DNA from: a virus | IMG/VR virus record: IMGVR_UViG_3300016471_000988 | Span: 62,791-126,790 of that record | Reading direction: 5' to 3' (one strand) | Length of the DNA stretch: 64,000 bases | Shown here: piece after piece, positions 48,557 through 56,802 of the stretch | How the letters are laid out: each line of letters starts with the position of its first letter | How positions within the stretch are numbered: position 1 is the first letter of the stretch | Made by a program: the position numbers and the translations under genes | Notes under the pieces: model-generated | Databases searched by the model: none | Seen by the model: the letters and a program-made list of their open reading frames with translations, nothing else | What the model was told of the DNA's origin: nothing

Positions 48557-49327
48557 TTAAATACTAACAGGCAGCTTTCCTTTTGATAAAGCAGCTGTTT
48601 TTGCAAATTCACCTTTTGTAGATATTATTGTATCGCACTCTCTTAGTAGATAAAAATCTATAAAAGATTTTTTAAACCCATACAGGCTGCAACCCTCCCT
48701 ATCCATATGCTCGGTTGTACCTGGTACATGCATAAAATTAAATCTATCTTTTGCATAGTCATAAAACGCTTGACTGTCTGTACATAAAAATATTTTTTTA
48801 TCTGCAGATATTTGTTTTGTTTTTTCAACAACAAAGTCAAAACTTAACTCCCTACCAAAATTTATATCTCCCCAATTACACTGTTTACCTCCAAATCTCG
48901 CACATAGCCCTATAGTATCACTCTCAATATTAAAGGGTAGTGAAGCTCTTAAGCAAAAAAGCTCTTCAAACAGCGATTCAAAACTATATGGAAAATGCTC
49001 AGTAAAATTAAGATTTGTTTTAATACAGACAATATCAGAATTAAAATGATCATTAATATCTGGTGAGTTAAAGATCGGTCTATATTGATCATGCCCCTCA
49101 CAATCAAATATAAAATGCTCTTCAGCAGTCCCAACAATTTTTCGCCTTTTCCAGTTTACTTTATTTGGCTCTAAAATTTCAGAAATATCATACGGGTAGG
49201 TCCAATTTATAATAAAATCCCTTTTAGTGACCTTTGCTAAGGCATAACAAGAAACAAGACCTTTAATTCTATCGGCTAAGCCGCCCGCAGGTCTGCATAT
49301 ACAGTTATAAACAATATATTTTTTCAT
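48557..49327 (-). CDS. O-fucosyltransferase/NodZ-like (GT-B) protein
   Basis: GGLADRIKGL; FLCTDS; DFYLLREC. Confidence 0.6.
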   Translation of the reverse strand: MKKYIVYNCICRPAGGLADRIKGLVSCYALAKVTKRDFIINWTYPYDISEILEPNKVNWKRRKIVGTAEEHFIFDCEGHDQYRPIFNSPDINDHFNSDIVCIKTNLNFTEHFPYSFESLFEELFCLRASLPFNIESDTIGLCARFGGKQCNWGDINFGRELSFDFVVEKTKQISADKKIFLCTDSQAFYDYAKDRFNFMHVPGTTEHMDREGCSLYGFKKSFIDFYLLRECDTIISTKGEFAKTAALSKGKLPVSI

Positions 49328-49340
49328 TAATAATTTATCA

Positions 49341-49742
49341 TGGAGCTGGTGGGGGTCGAACCCACGTCTTGAAAGGTTACATTTATAAACACTACAAGCT
49401 TATCTTAGTTAAGCTTCAGAATAAATTAAACTAAGCAAAATTTATTCTATATGACAATTTTGTACGCTTGATAGGTAACTGTCACAACACATCAAGTCGA
49501 GAGCTTGTAACACGCCTTATCTTACCAGCTCCAATCTACAATAAGACGATCGAGTTAAACTAACTCGAGTTCGGCTTCTGCGTCTTCAAAGCCGTACTGT
49601 GCAAGAATTGCATCAGCCTCTTCTAGACTCATAGCCATGTCGAAGTTATCTTCGGCATTTAATAGTTTTGCTATTTTATACTGGCATGCCCCAGTGCTTG
49701 CATCTATGAACCTCGCCGTTCAATCGATACCATTTCAGCCCC
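49341..49742 (-). ncRNA. ssrA: tmRNA (402 nt)
   Basis: 5' GGGGCTG pairs with 3' CAGCTCC-A (G3:U Ala identity); T-arm GTGGG-TTCGACC-CCCAC. Internal tag ORF 49656..49555 has its stop in a hairpin. CCA is not encoded. Confidence 0.95.
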
Positions 49743-49760
49743 ATGTCAAAGAACAATATT

Positions 49761-49788
49761 ATTGTAGATGAAAATCGATTCTTATCAA
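49761..49788 (-). promoter_or_regulatory. ssrA promoter TTGATA-N16-TACAAT
   Basis: Read directly, 18 nt upstream of tmRNA G1. Confidence 0.7.
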
Positions 49789-50013
49789 CTATATTAGTTG
49801 ACCTATCTGTCTAAACCCGTACGGTTTACCGTTCTTATCACAAACTGTAACCCCGTCAATATGACCCGCCATATAAGAGCCATGGCCTTCCCATTTACCA
49901 CAATACCATACAGGCTTAACTTCTTTTCCGTCTAGCATCCTCTTTCTATTTATAGACGTCTTATGGCCTGGGACTTTACTCCCAGCCTGGGGGTTGGTTT
50001 TAGATGCAGCCAT
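49789..50013 (-). CDS. Small hypothetical protein
   Basis: 74-aa ORF upstream of ssrA. Confidence 0.6.
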   Translation of the reverse strand: MAASKTNPQAGSKVPGHKTSINRKRMLDGKEVKPVWYCGKWEGHGSYMAGHIDGVTVCDKNGKPYGFRQIGQLI

Positions 50014-50034
50014 ATATTATATAGTCATCTGAAC

Positions 50035-50063
50035 AAAAAAATACCGAGCTATTAACTCGGTAC
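50035..50063 (-). terminator. Intrinsic terminator
   Basis: TACCGAG-N7-CTCGGTA stem followed by a T run on the minus strand. Confidence 0.8.
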
Positions 50064-50095
50064 TTTAATCTGCGAAACCGTCGCAGACGGAGGAA

Positions 50096-50293
50096 TTAGG
50101 CAACCTGAAGACCGCTCCTGCGAATGGCGCGGGTCAGATCACGAGCATCAACACGACGAATCGTGGATGCAAACTGATTCTTCTGCTCGAGGACACGAGC
50201 GCGCTTTACGGTAAATTGACCGTTGCGGGAACGCTCAATCTTAACGTAGAACGTCTTCGGCCGAAGATCCTTATTAGTATAATCGATTGACAT
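50096..50293 (-). CDS. Small basic protein with a strong Shine-Dalgarno site
   Basis: AAGGAGG upstream of ATG 50293; own terminator; Arg-rich. Confidence 0.75.
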   Translation of the reverse strand: MSIDYTNKDLRPKTFYVKIERSRNGQFTVKRARVLEQKNQFASTIRRVDARDLTRAIRRSGLQVA

Positions 50294-50327
50294 ATTCATT
50301 CCTCCTTTCATACATTGATAATAACAT

Positions 50328-50618
50328 ATGGTGATAATAAATCAACACATAATGAATGAAAGACTAAATAATTTTATGAAAGATTGTGTTTGGATAAGAG
50401 CATTACTTTACTTTCTTATTGCCGCAATACCAGCATTGATGGTTGATCTTGGTCAATATAAATCATTTAGCGAAATTGGTGATATTGCAATAGCAGTAAT
50501 AATTGCAAATTTTGTACTACAAGGGTTGATTGCTGTCAGAGCTTTTATGGATCAGTCATTAAGCCGTAATCAGAAAGAAAAAAAAGAAAATAAGAAAGTA
50601 GAACTATTAAACGGTTAA
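50328..50618 (+). CDS. Putative holin
   Basis: Two hydrophobic segments and a highly charged C-terminus; heads a cassette ending in an endolysin. Confidence 0.55.
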   Translation: MVIINQHIMNERLNNFMKDCVWIRALLYFLIAAIPALMVDLGQYKSFSEIGDIAIAVIIANFVLQGLIAVRAFMDQSLSRNQKEKKENKKVELLNG

Positions 50619-50631
50619 GCTAAGTATTTAT

Positions 50632-51093
50632 ATGAAAACATTTTTACCTATTCTTGCTCTTCCCCTACTATTAGCCGCTTGTGCAACTACTGGCGGTGAT
50701 AACGGTAGTGATGTCGGTGGTACAACTCCGAAGCAAGCTGTAGAGAACGCTTTACCCTATATTGCCCCCGCGGTAACATTGGCTTGTACAGTTGTACTAG
50801 AACAGGCAGTATCTCCAGAAGATCGTGTTGAAAAGGCTAAGATGATTAATCACGTAGCAACAATTGTTGAAAGTTTAACTCGCGGTTCAACGCCTACACC
50901 AGATCAATTACAAAAAGCATTGACAGATTATCTCCCCCAGGAAAAAACACACTGGGTAAAATATGTAACCGTTGTCAAGGATATCTACGCTGCACAATTT
51001 GCAAGGCTTGATGGTGATGCAAAGCTTGGTATTGATGTTCTTAATGCAATCGCGAAAGGCTGCAAAACAGCTACTGACGAATACGTAGAGTAA
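50632..51093 (+). CDS. Lipoprotein in the lysis cassette
   Basis: MKTFLPILALPLLLAAC lipobox. Confidence 0.75.
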   Translation: MKTFLPILALPLLLAACATTGGDNGSDVGGTTPKQAVENALPYIAPAVTLACTVVLEQAVSPEDRVEKAKMINHVATIVESLTRGSTPTPDQLQKALTDYLPQEKTHWVKYVTVVKDIYAAQFARLDGDAKLGIDVLNAIAKGCKTATDEYVE

Positions 51094-51094
51094 T

Positions 51095-51286
51095 ATGGAC
51101 TTTACAGCCATCTTCAAAGCAATTGGAGAGGTTTTCGGTTTAATTAACAACTGGATGGGTCATAAAAATACACCAGAAATGAAAAAAGCTGAGCAACAGC
51201 AAAAAGAAGTTGATCGGCAGAATGAAATCGAAAAAGCACTTAAGGAGAAAGACATTGAAAAGCTTCGCCGTCTGCTGTCTCAGTAG
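51095..51286 (+). CDS. Small possible i-spanin-like protein
   Basis: Amphipathic N-terminus plus coiled coil; overlaps the next lipoprotein gene in the +1 frame. Confidence 0.45.
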   Translation: MDFTAIFKAIGEVFGLINNWMGHKNTPEMKKAEQQQKEVDRQNEIEKALKEKDIEKLRRLLSQ

Positions 51287-51671
51287 TCTTTTATTGGTAA
51301 GTTGCGCTACTGTAACACCTGATAAGGTAAAGGACAATACTGCATCGTTTGATTCGACGACCCCACAACAGTACGACCCGATGAATTCTGGAATCATTGG
51401 TTTTAGTGATGACGGCAGGGGCATATTGACAGCTAATGGTGTAGAGAGATATAACAACCTGATTAAGGATTATAAACTTCAGTTTAGAGCAGCGAAGGGT
51501 GTTGAGTTAAAGGAAAATGATGGTTTAACTGAGTTTTTAGATAAACACGGTAATCTGCTCTATTATATTGATCATCAGCATATGGTATACTTTGGTATTC
51601 TAAATAGCTGGAGACGTGATGGTAAGGACGTAGATGGTTTATGGGATAAAGCTAAGACCTGGGTAAAGTAA
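51255..51671 (+). CDS. Lipoprotein, possible o-spanin
   Basis: TTG 51255 with AAGGAG 7 nt upstream gives MKSFAVCCLSSLLLVSC (lipobox). Confidence 0.6.
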   Translation: MKSFAVCCLSSLLLVSCATVTPDKVKDNTASFDSTTPQQYDPMNSGIIGFSDDGRGILTANGVERYNNLIKDYKLQFRAAKGVELKENDGLTEFLDKHGNLLYYIDHQHMVYFGILNSWRRDGKDVDGLWDKAKTWVK

Positions 51672-51672
51672 G

Positions 51673-52266
51673 ATGGGGTGGTCTTCTCGAGATAATAATT
51701 TACGTAGAAATAATAAACCTACACCGGCTCCTGAACCTATAGCACCAAAGCCGGTGGTTATACCCAAGCAGATTAATCTTGTTAAGACGGATCTTGCGGT
51801 TTTAGATGAAAGAAGTGCAAAAAATGTTGCAACACTACACAGTAAAGTTCAGGAAACGTTTCGCAACTGGATTGCAGAATGTCAAATCTTGGCAAAAGCA
51901 CATGGTTATGAATATAAGGCAATTTCTGGTAATAGAACATGGGAAGAACAGGCGAAAATTTATGCTCAAGGTAGAACCGCTCCCGGGAAAGTTGTAACTA
52001 ACGCCAAGCCTGGTTATAGTAATCATAATTACGGTATTGCTGTAGATATGGGTGTTTTTAAGAATGGTAAGTATCTAGACGCTGCCGTACCATCAGAAGC
52101 AGAGACCTTTCATAAAAAAGCTGCCACGGTAGCAGAAAAGTATAATATTGAATGGGGTGGTAATTGGAAGACATTTAAAGACTATCCTCACTTTGAATAT
52201 AAAACGGGTAAAACCCTTTCACAATTACGGCAGCTTGTAACTGAAGGCAGAGATATATTTGCCTGA
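51673..52266 (+). CDS. Endolysin, M15 family L-Ala-D-Glu peptidase-like
   Basis: RTWEEQ; SNHNYGIAVD; WGGNW; DYPHFE. Confidence 0.92.
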   Translation: MGWSSRDNNLRRNNKPTPAPEPIAPKPVVIPKQINLVKTDLAVLDERSAKNVATLHSKVQETFRNWIAECQILAKAHGYEYKAISGNRTWEEQAKIYAQGRTAPGKVVTNAKPGYSNHNYGIAVDMGVFKNGKYLDAAVPSEAETFHKKAATVAEKYNIEWGGNWKTFKDYPHFEYKTGKTLSQLRQLVTEGRDIFA

Positions 52267-52268
52267 GT

Positions 52269-52499
52269 ATGTATAATGATATTTCAAACCTTATTAAAGA
52301 GGTTGGTTCTAGGAGTTACCCTGATCAAACGTATTTTAGTAGTTTTGTTTCTCGTTACAAAATGTATCGTAAAACAAAAATTATCAAACAGCGAATTCTG
52401 GCATTTTGTGGAATCATTGCGTTTATTATAGTTGCATATCTTAGTCATTCGTTTATAACTAAAGATAGAGATGTCAAATCATCATACACAACATGGTAA
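52269..52499 (+). CDS. Small membrane protein
   Basis: One hydrophobic helix (ILAFCGIIAFIIVAYL). Confidence 0.55.
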   Translation: MYNDISNLIKEVGSRSYPDQTYFSSFVSRYKMYRKTKIIKQRILAFCGIIAFIIVAYLSHSFITKDRDVKSSYTTW

Positions 52500-52704
52500 A
52501 GTTGTAGTCACCGAAGGTACTGTTACAGATGTAACGCAATTTATTAAAACCCACGTTAAAGAAAAAACCGAATCAATTTGCCTTAAGGATTATTTCAAAG
52601 GAGAGGATGTCTGGGGGGTTTATGTGCCCGGGGACGAGAGATTTAGATATTATTACCAGTGCTTAGGCCAGGGCAAGTATTCTGTATTTGTTATTAATGA
52701 TTAA
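52471..52704 (+). CDS. Hypothetical protein
   Basis: 77-aa ORF overlapping the previous gene. Confidence 0.5.
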   Translation: MSNHHTQHGKVVVTEGTVTDVTQFIKTHVKEKTESICLKDYFKGEDVWGVYVPGDERFRYYYQCLGQGKYSVFVIND

Positions 52705-53264
52705 AGTTTGTCGTTAAAATAATTTTGAGATCTTTCTTCATCATCTAGTAATAAATTATTAATAATAATAACATTGTATTTGGCCTCAACATGTTTTGTT
52801 ATACGTAGTTGATACTCGTTTCTATTACCTACTTTTCCAATTGGTGTAGTACCCCAATTATTATCGTAAACCCACAACACACCAGCATGTTCAAAAATAC
52901 AAACCGCATGACCGTGTACACGGGGAAGAGTAATAGTAAATTCTTTTGATTTTTCGTCTATAGAAACTTTTGTATTAAGTAAGTCGTCTCTATAGTGAAA
53001 AGTAAAAATATAAACGTGAGCCCAAGTATTTTTATTGGAGAGTATATAATCGGCGTTAGAGGCAAAGGTAACAGCATCAACAAAACAAGAATTAGGAATT
53101 TTAGAAATACTATGATTTCTTTCTAACGCTGTTCCTACGGTAAAGCTACCCCAGCCTATAAACCCTATACCTGTTAACAAAGCAACCTTTTTTAACAGCC
53201 ACCATATTCTACGGGCTTTAAAATTATTCGTAATAATATTTAGACAGCTAAAACTAAAAAACAT
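52701..53264 (-). CDS. Membrane-anchored protein with a possible Cys-His-Asp (transglutaminase/papain-like) triad
   Basis: TM segment, then NSCFVDA ... GHAVC ... YDNN. Confidence 0.5.
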   Translation of the reverse strand: MFFSFSCLNIITNNFKARRIWWLLKKVALLTGIGFIGWGSFTVGTALERNHSISKIPNSCFVDAVTFASNADYILSNKNTWAHVYIFTFHYRDDLLNTKVSIDEKSKEFTITLPRVHGHAVCIFEHAGVLWVYDNNWGTTPIGKVGNRNEYQLRITKHVEAKYNVIIINNLLLDDEERSQNYFNDKL

Positions 53265-53302
53265 TAGAAATATTTTTTTGTCTAAGTCGACTAAATAATG
53301 TT

Positions 53303-53464
53303 ATGGCAGAGCTTGACGAGCTTATCGCCTTTACCATAGAGAAATATGCGGCAAGAGGCGGTAAAAGAAAGGGTGTAATAGCAAAACTCCTTGCCTGCAA
53401 GACTATAGGTGAGCTGCTAAAACTAAGAAAAAAACTTGGTATGATAGAATGGGAGAATAAATAA
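53303..53464 (+). CDS. Untracked 53-aa basic protein (MAELDELIAFTIEKY...)
   Basis: Manual translation; CTAAATA late-like box upstream. Confidence 0.5.
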   Translation: MAELDELIAFTIEKYAARGGKRKGVIAKLLACKTIGELLKLRKKLGMIEWENK

Positions 53465-53468
53465 TACA

Positions 53469-53675
53469 ATGAAATTATTCGACAAAATACTTGATGTTTA
53501 TTATGATGTTACTTGGAGAGTAACAGACTTAGTAGATACAGTAAAGTATAAGACGTTGGATCTTGTTGAAAAGCTCAAAGGTCATAAGGACGACTTCGAA
53601 AATATTATCGAAGAAGAAATCGTTCTTCCTGAGAAACCACGCAAGAAGAAGACGGCTAAAAAGAAAAAGAAGTAA
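53469..53675 (+). CDS. Small late protein with Lys-rich tail
   Basis: AATAAATA (53456-53463) 5 nt upstream. Confidence 0.6.
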   Translation: MKLFDKILDVYYDVTWRVTDLVDTVKYKTLDLVEKLKGHKDDFENIIEEEIVLPEKPRKKKTAKKKKK

Positions 53676-53703
53676 TTGCTTTTTTCTCTTTTGACCCTAT
53701 AAT
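53676..53703 (+). promoter_or_regulatory. sigma70-type promoter TTGCTT-N16-TATAAT, 6 nt before the heme oxygenase GTG
   Basis: Read directly. Confidence 0.7.
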
Positions 53704-53709
53704 TAGGGT

Positions 53710-54303
53710 GTGAACTTAATTCATTTAATTAAGGTAATAACTGCTTATAAGCTTACACCGTTTGCAAAAAATCTAAAAGAAGTGACTAAGCCGTTACACG
53801 ATCAAATTGAATCTCATCCCTTTATTAAGAAGTTTATAGATGGTAAATTATCAGACTTGGAGTATGCGGCATATCTCTCAAATTTATATCCGATTTACGA
53901 AAAAATTGAACGTAGGCTTTTATGTCCAACATCTATTCTAGCGCGTGCCGAACATATAAAAAACGATTTAGTTAACTATTCTAATTTTCTAGATATAGAT
54001 TTATCAAAATATTATGTTAACGGTGACTGGGCGGATAAACTCGACACAGATGACCCGTATAAGCTCACAGCAACTTTCTATATAAGATGGCTAGGAGATC
54101 TATACGGTGGACAAATATTAGCTAAAAATATTAGGTTTAATAGTTCTTTAAAGTTTAGAAATGTTAGAGACTGCATTAGAGTCGCAAGAGATCTTATAGA
54201 GTATAATGGGTCAAAAGACATTAACAGATTTCTTGTACAGGTAAGTGATGCATATACGAGTAACTATGACCTAGTTACAAAGCTTAATAGCATGAAACTA
54301 TAG
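53710..54303 (+). CDS. ho1: Heme oxygenase
   Basis: LKEVTKPLHDQIE (proximal His); YIRWLGDLYGGQIL signature. Confidence 0.9.
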   Translation: MNLIHLIKVITAYKLTPFAKNLKEVTKPLHDQIESHPFIKKFIDGKLSDLEYAAYLSNLYPIYEKIERRLLCPTSILARAEHIKNDLVNYSNFLDIDLSKYYVNGDWADKLDTDDPYKLTATFYIRWLGDLYGGQILAKNIRFNSSLKFRNVRDCIRVARDLIEYNGSKDINRFLVQVSDAYTSNYDLVTKLNSMKL

Positions 54304-54337
54304 TTGATTTTTGTATATCTTTTATTAAATTGTGTAT

Positions 54338-54523
54338 ATGTCAAATACATCTGAACAACTTAAAGTAGTCGTAGAAACCTTTAGCGCTGAGGCCGAAAAG
54401 TTCTGGGGCGGTAATAACGCTGCTGGCACACGTGCTCGTAAAGCTCTTCAAGAAATTATTAAGTACTCGCGTGAAGAGCGCAAGCGTATCCAAGAAGAAA
54501 AGAATAATCGCAAAAACAAGTAA
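54338..54523 (+). CDS. Histone H1-like Hc1-family nucleoid protein
   Basis: GNNAAGTRARKAL..I.K...E.RK signature. Confidence 0.8.
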   Translation: MSNTSEQLKVVVETFSAEAEKFWGGNNAAGTRARKALQEIIKYSREERKRIQEEKNNRKNK

Positions 54524-54525
54524 TT

Positions 54526-54939
54526 TTACAGATACCCTAGGTTAGACAACCTACGAATATTTTCTGTAACTAATTCTTGACCAGCATCGCTTAGCGACTG
54601 CTTTCTTGCGCGACCACCAAAAGTCGCAACAAATGTTGCAGCACTTCTGTCATCATACAGAACACCAAATTGTGTACCTTCATATGCGGTATCAACGCGG
54701 AGTGCGAAAGCATTATCGCCTGTTAATACTGCGGGGTTAGCTGTATCATTACCAGATAAAGTTCTAATAACACCAGTAAGGGCCGTGTTATTGGGCAGAC
54801 TATTATAAGCAATTTCTGCAATATTTGAACCAGTATAAATTATACCGACACCTACACCACTTACTGTGTAGCCATTTGATTGATAATCCGGATTATTTGC
54901 ACCAGCCGGTACCAGCGTTCGATCTAATGATAAGCCCAT
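54526..54939 (-). CDS. Putative virion structural protein
   Basis: TATAAATA (54945-54952, minus) 5 nt upstream; Gly/Thr/Asn-rich. Confidence 0.6.
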   Translation of the reverse strand: MGLSLDRTLVPAGANNPDYQSNGYTVSGVGVGIIYTGSNIAEIAYNSLPNNTALTGVIRTLSGNDTANPAVLTGDNAFALRVDTAYEGTQFGVLYDDRSAATFVATFGGRARKQSLSDAGQELVTENIRRLSNLGYL

Positions 54940-54947
54940 GTAAGTAT

Positions 54948-56105
54948 TTATATAGCATCGTCACCTTTTACCTGAAATCCAATAAACTTTTTAGGCTTCT
55001 CTTCCTCTGTATCATCTTCATCATGATTGTAAATTTCTGTTAGTGTAAGCGGTTTAGTGACTTCTTTTTTAATTTTTAACTGTTCAAATAGTTTTTTTAC
55101 GTTCTCTTCTGGTAACTCCTTAAATTCGTGTTCTGCTATTAATCTACCTTTTCGAAGAAGCGCGGGATCAATCTTTTCGCGAACCGTATTAAGTGTGGCT
55201 ATTATTTGAATATTTAAACAATCTCCTAAAACCCCATCTGTCATATTCAAAATATTTGAAACTCCATTATTTGTATCGTTGGCCTCTCTCGACCCCACAA
55301 CTTTTTCAGCATCTTCTATTACTAAAATACTATTTTTATTTTCAAGAAGGAAAGGTAGAAAGCTTGGAGTTGTGATGCCTTCGGCCATTGACGGTGGGAC
55401 AAAGATAATTCGCTTATCAATTAATGTGGTTAAGTATTTTATATATGTTGTCTTGCCCGTACCGGGTTTGCCATTTAGGATAACCAGGCCTGTATCATTT
55501 TGTTCGTTTAATCTCTTAAGAATTGTTTTGTGTTTCTTGGAAAACGAGTCACCATAATTTAAGTCTAAATCAATTTCTTTTGAAGGTAGTTTGGTGTGAA
55601 ATTCGCGCAAAGAATATCCCTCACCAGGGCTACCGACGATAAGATTGACATTATTTTTTTTATCGTCTTTAAAAAGTTCAAAGTTCTTAAGCAATCGCCG
55701 CAATTGCGGTTCGGATTTTTCTGTGTAGAAAAATATAGCTGTTAAACCTTTTGATTTAATGTCCCTGGAAAAACTTTGCCCTACATACTCGTCGTCTTCA
55801 AGCTCTTCAGCCGCATCTATTATAAGACGAGAACGCTCAAGATAGACAACTAATTCATCCCCCTCAAAAGCATAAGCAGAAATAGTTTCATCAAATTTTT
55901 TTTGTGTAGGGTTAGTTAGAACACGATTTTCACACACAAGTTTTAGTTCTTTTTTAATATCATCAAGAATACTTTCTTTGAAGAGAACTCTTGCAGGTTT
56001 GAGTACAGAGGGCTGCTTATTGAAGCGATGGCAGAAATAATATGCATAATTAAACGCTGTATACGAACCTGACGACTGTGTATATGGCTGATAGTTCTGA
56101 TTCAT
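54948..56105 (-). CDS. AAA+ ATPase
   Basis: GKPGTGKT; VIEDAE; LNMTDG; DPALLRKGRL. Confidence 0.88.
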   Translation of the reverse strand: MNQNYQPYTQSSGSYTAFNYAYYFCHRFNKQPSVLKPARVLFKESILDDIKKELKLVCENRVLTNPTQKKFDETISAYAFEGDELVVYLERSRLIIDAAEELEDDEYVGQSFSRDIKSKGLTAIFFYTEKSEPQLRRLLKNFELFKDDKKNNVNLIVGSPGEGYSLREFHTKLPSKEIDLDLNYGDSFSKKHKTILKRLNEQNDTGLVILNGKPGTGKTTYIKYLTTLIDKRIIFVPPSMAEGITTPSFLPFLLENKNSILVIEDAEKVVGSREANDTNNGVSNILNMTDGVLGDCLNIQIIATLNTVREKIDPALLRKGRLIAEHEFKELPEENVKKLFEQLKIKKEVTKPLTLTEIYNHDEDDTEEEKPKKFIGFQVKGDDAI

Positions 56106-56312
56106 CTATATAAATATAGTAAGATAAATAACACTAAAATCAAGTGAACATTACGTTACTTAAGCTAGACAACAAATCATTGCAAAATATTAAATTACTG
56201 GATGTATGGGTTGAATTACAACGAAAACCGGTAATTGAGAAGTATAAATGGAGATTTAATTTTCGAATTATTATTCTAAATGTTGTTGTTTTTGGTGTTG
56301 AGATTGCCCCGG

Positions 56313-56774
56313 CTAACAGTAAGTGGCAATAACAAGCTCTACAGCAGATTTTGATTCTTCAGAAAACACCGGGGCATTATCACCATACGTACCGTAGGGA
56401 TCATCAACGTCAACGTGCGACAATATATTTGCTGCGGGTATAGTTTGTGGGGTAGATTTGGGACAAGAATCAAGTAAGAGCTGAAAAAGAATTTTACTCA
56501 CAGAGTCGCCAGAAGCTCTGTTATAAAGATCTACTATTTGATCTTTTGTTACTTTTCCTTTTAAAGTTTGTACGGGGGATTTGAGCTTTAAAAATATTTC
56601 TATCGGAAGAAATAATAATGTAGTTTCTGCACAATCTTTAATAACCCTATATGCAGCAGGCTTGGTTATTGTAACACCGGTATCTGGTGCTTCAAAAGCT
56701 TTTTTAGCCGGGCCGTATAATTTAGCCTTAGTTTCAGGAGATACAGTCAATATAACATCTTCTATTCTTGCCAT
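56313..56774 (-). CDS. Hypothetical late protein
   Basis: 153 aa; AGTAAATA 4 nt upstream. Confidence 0.6.
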   Translation of the reverse strand: MARIEDVILTVSPETKAKLYGPAKKAFEAPDTGVTITKPAAYRVIKDCAETTLLFLPIEIFLKLKSPVQTLKGKVTKDQIVDLYNRASGDSVSKILFQLLLDSCPKSTPQTIPAANILSHVDVDDPYGTYGDNAPVFSEESKSAVELVIATYC

Positions 56775-56802
56775 ATAGTATTTACTAATATATACTAAAG
56801 AT

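Noticed and set aside
56144-56332. 62-aa plus-strand ORF
   Set aside because: No motif, it overlaps a convergent gene and a promoter region, and coding status is unresolved.
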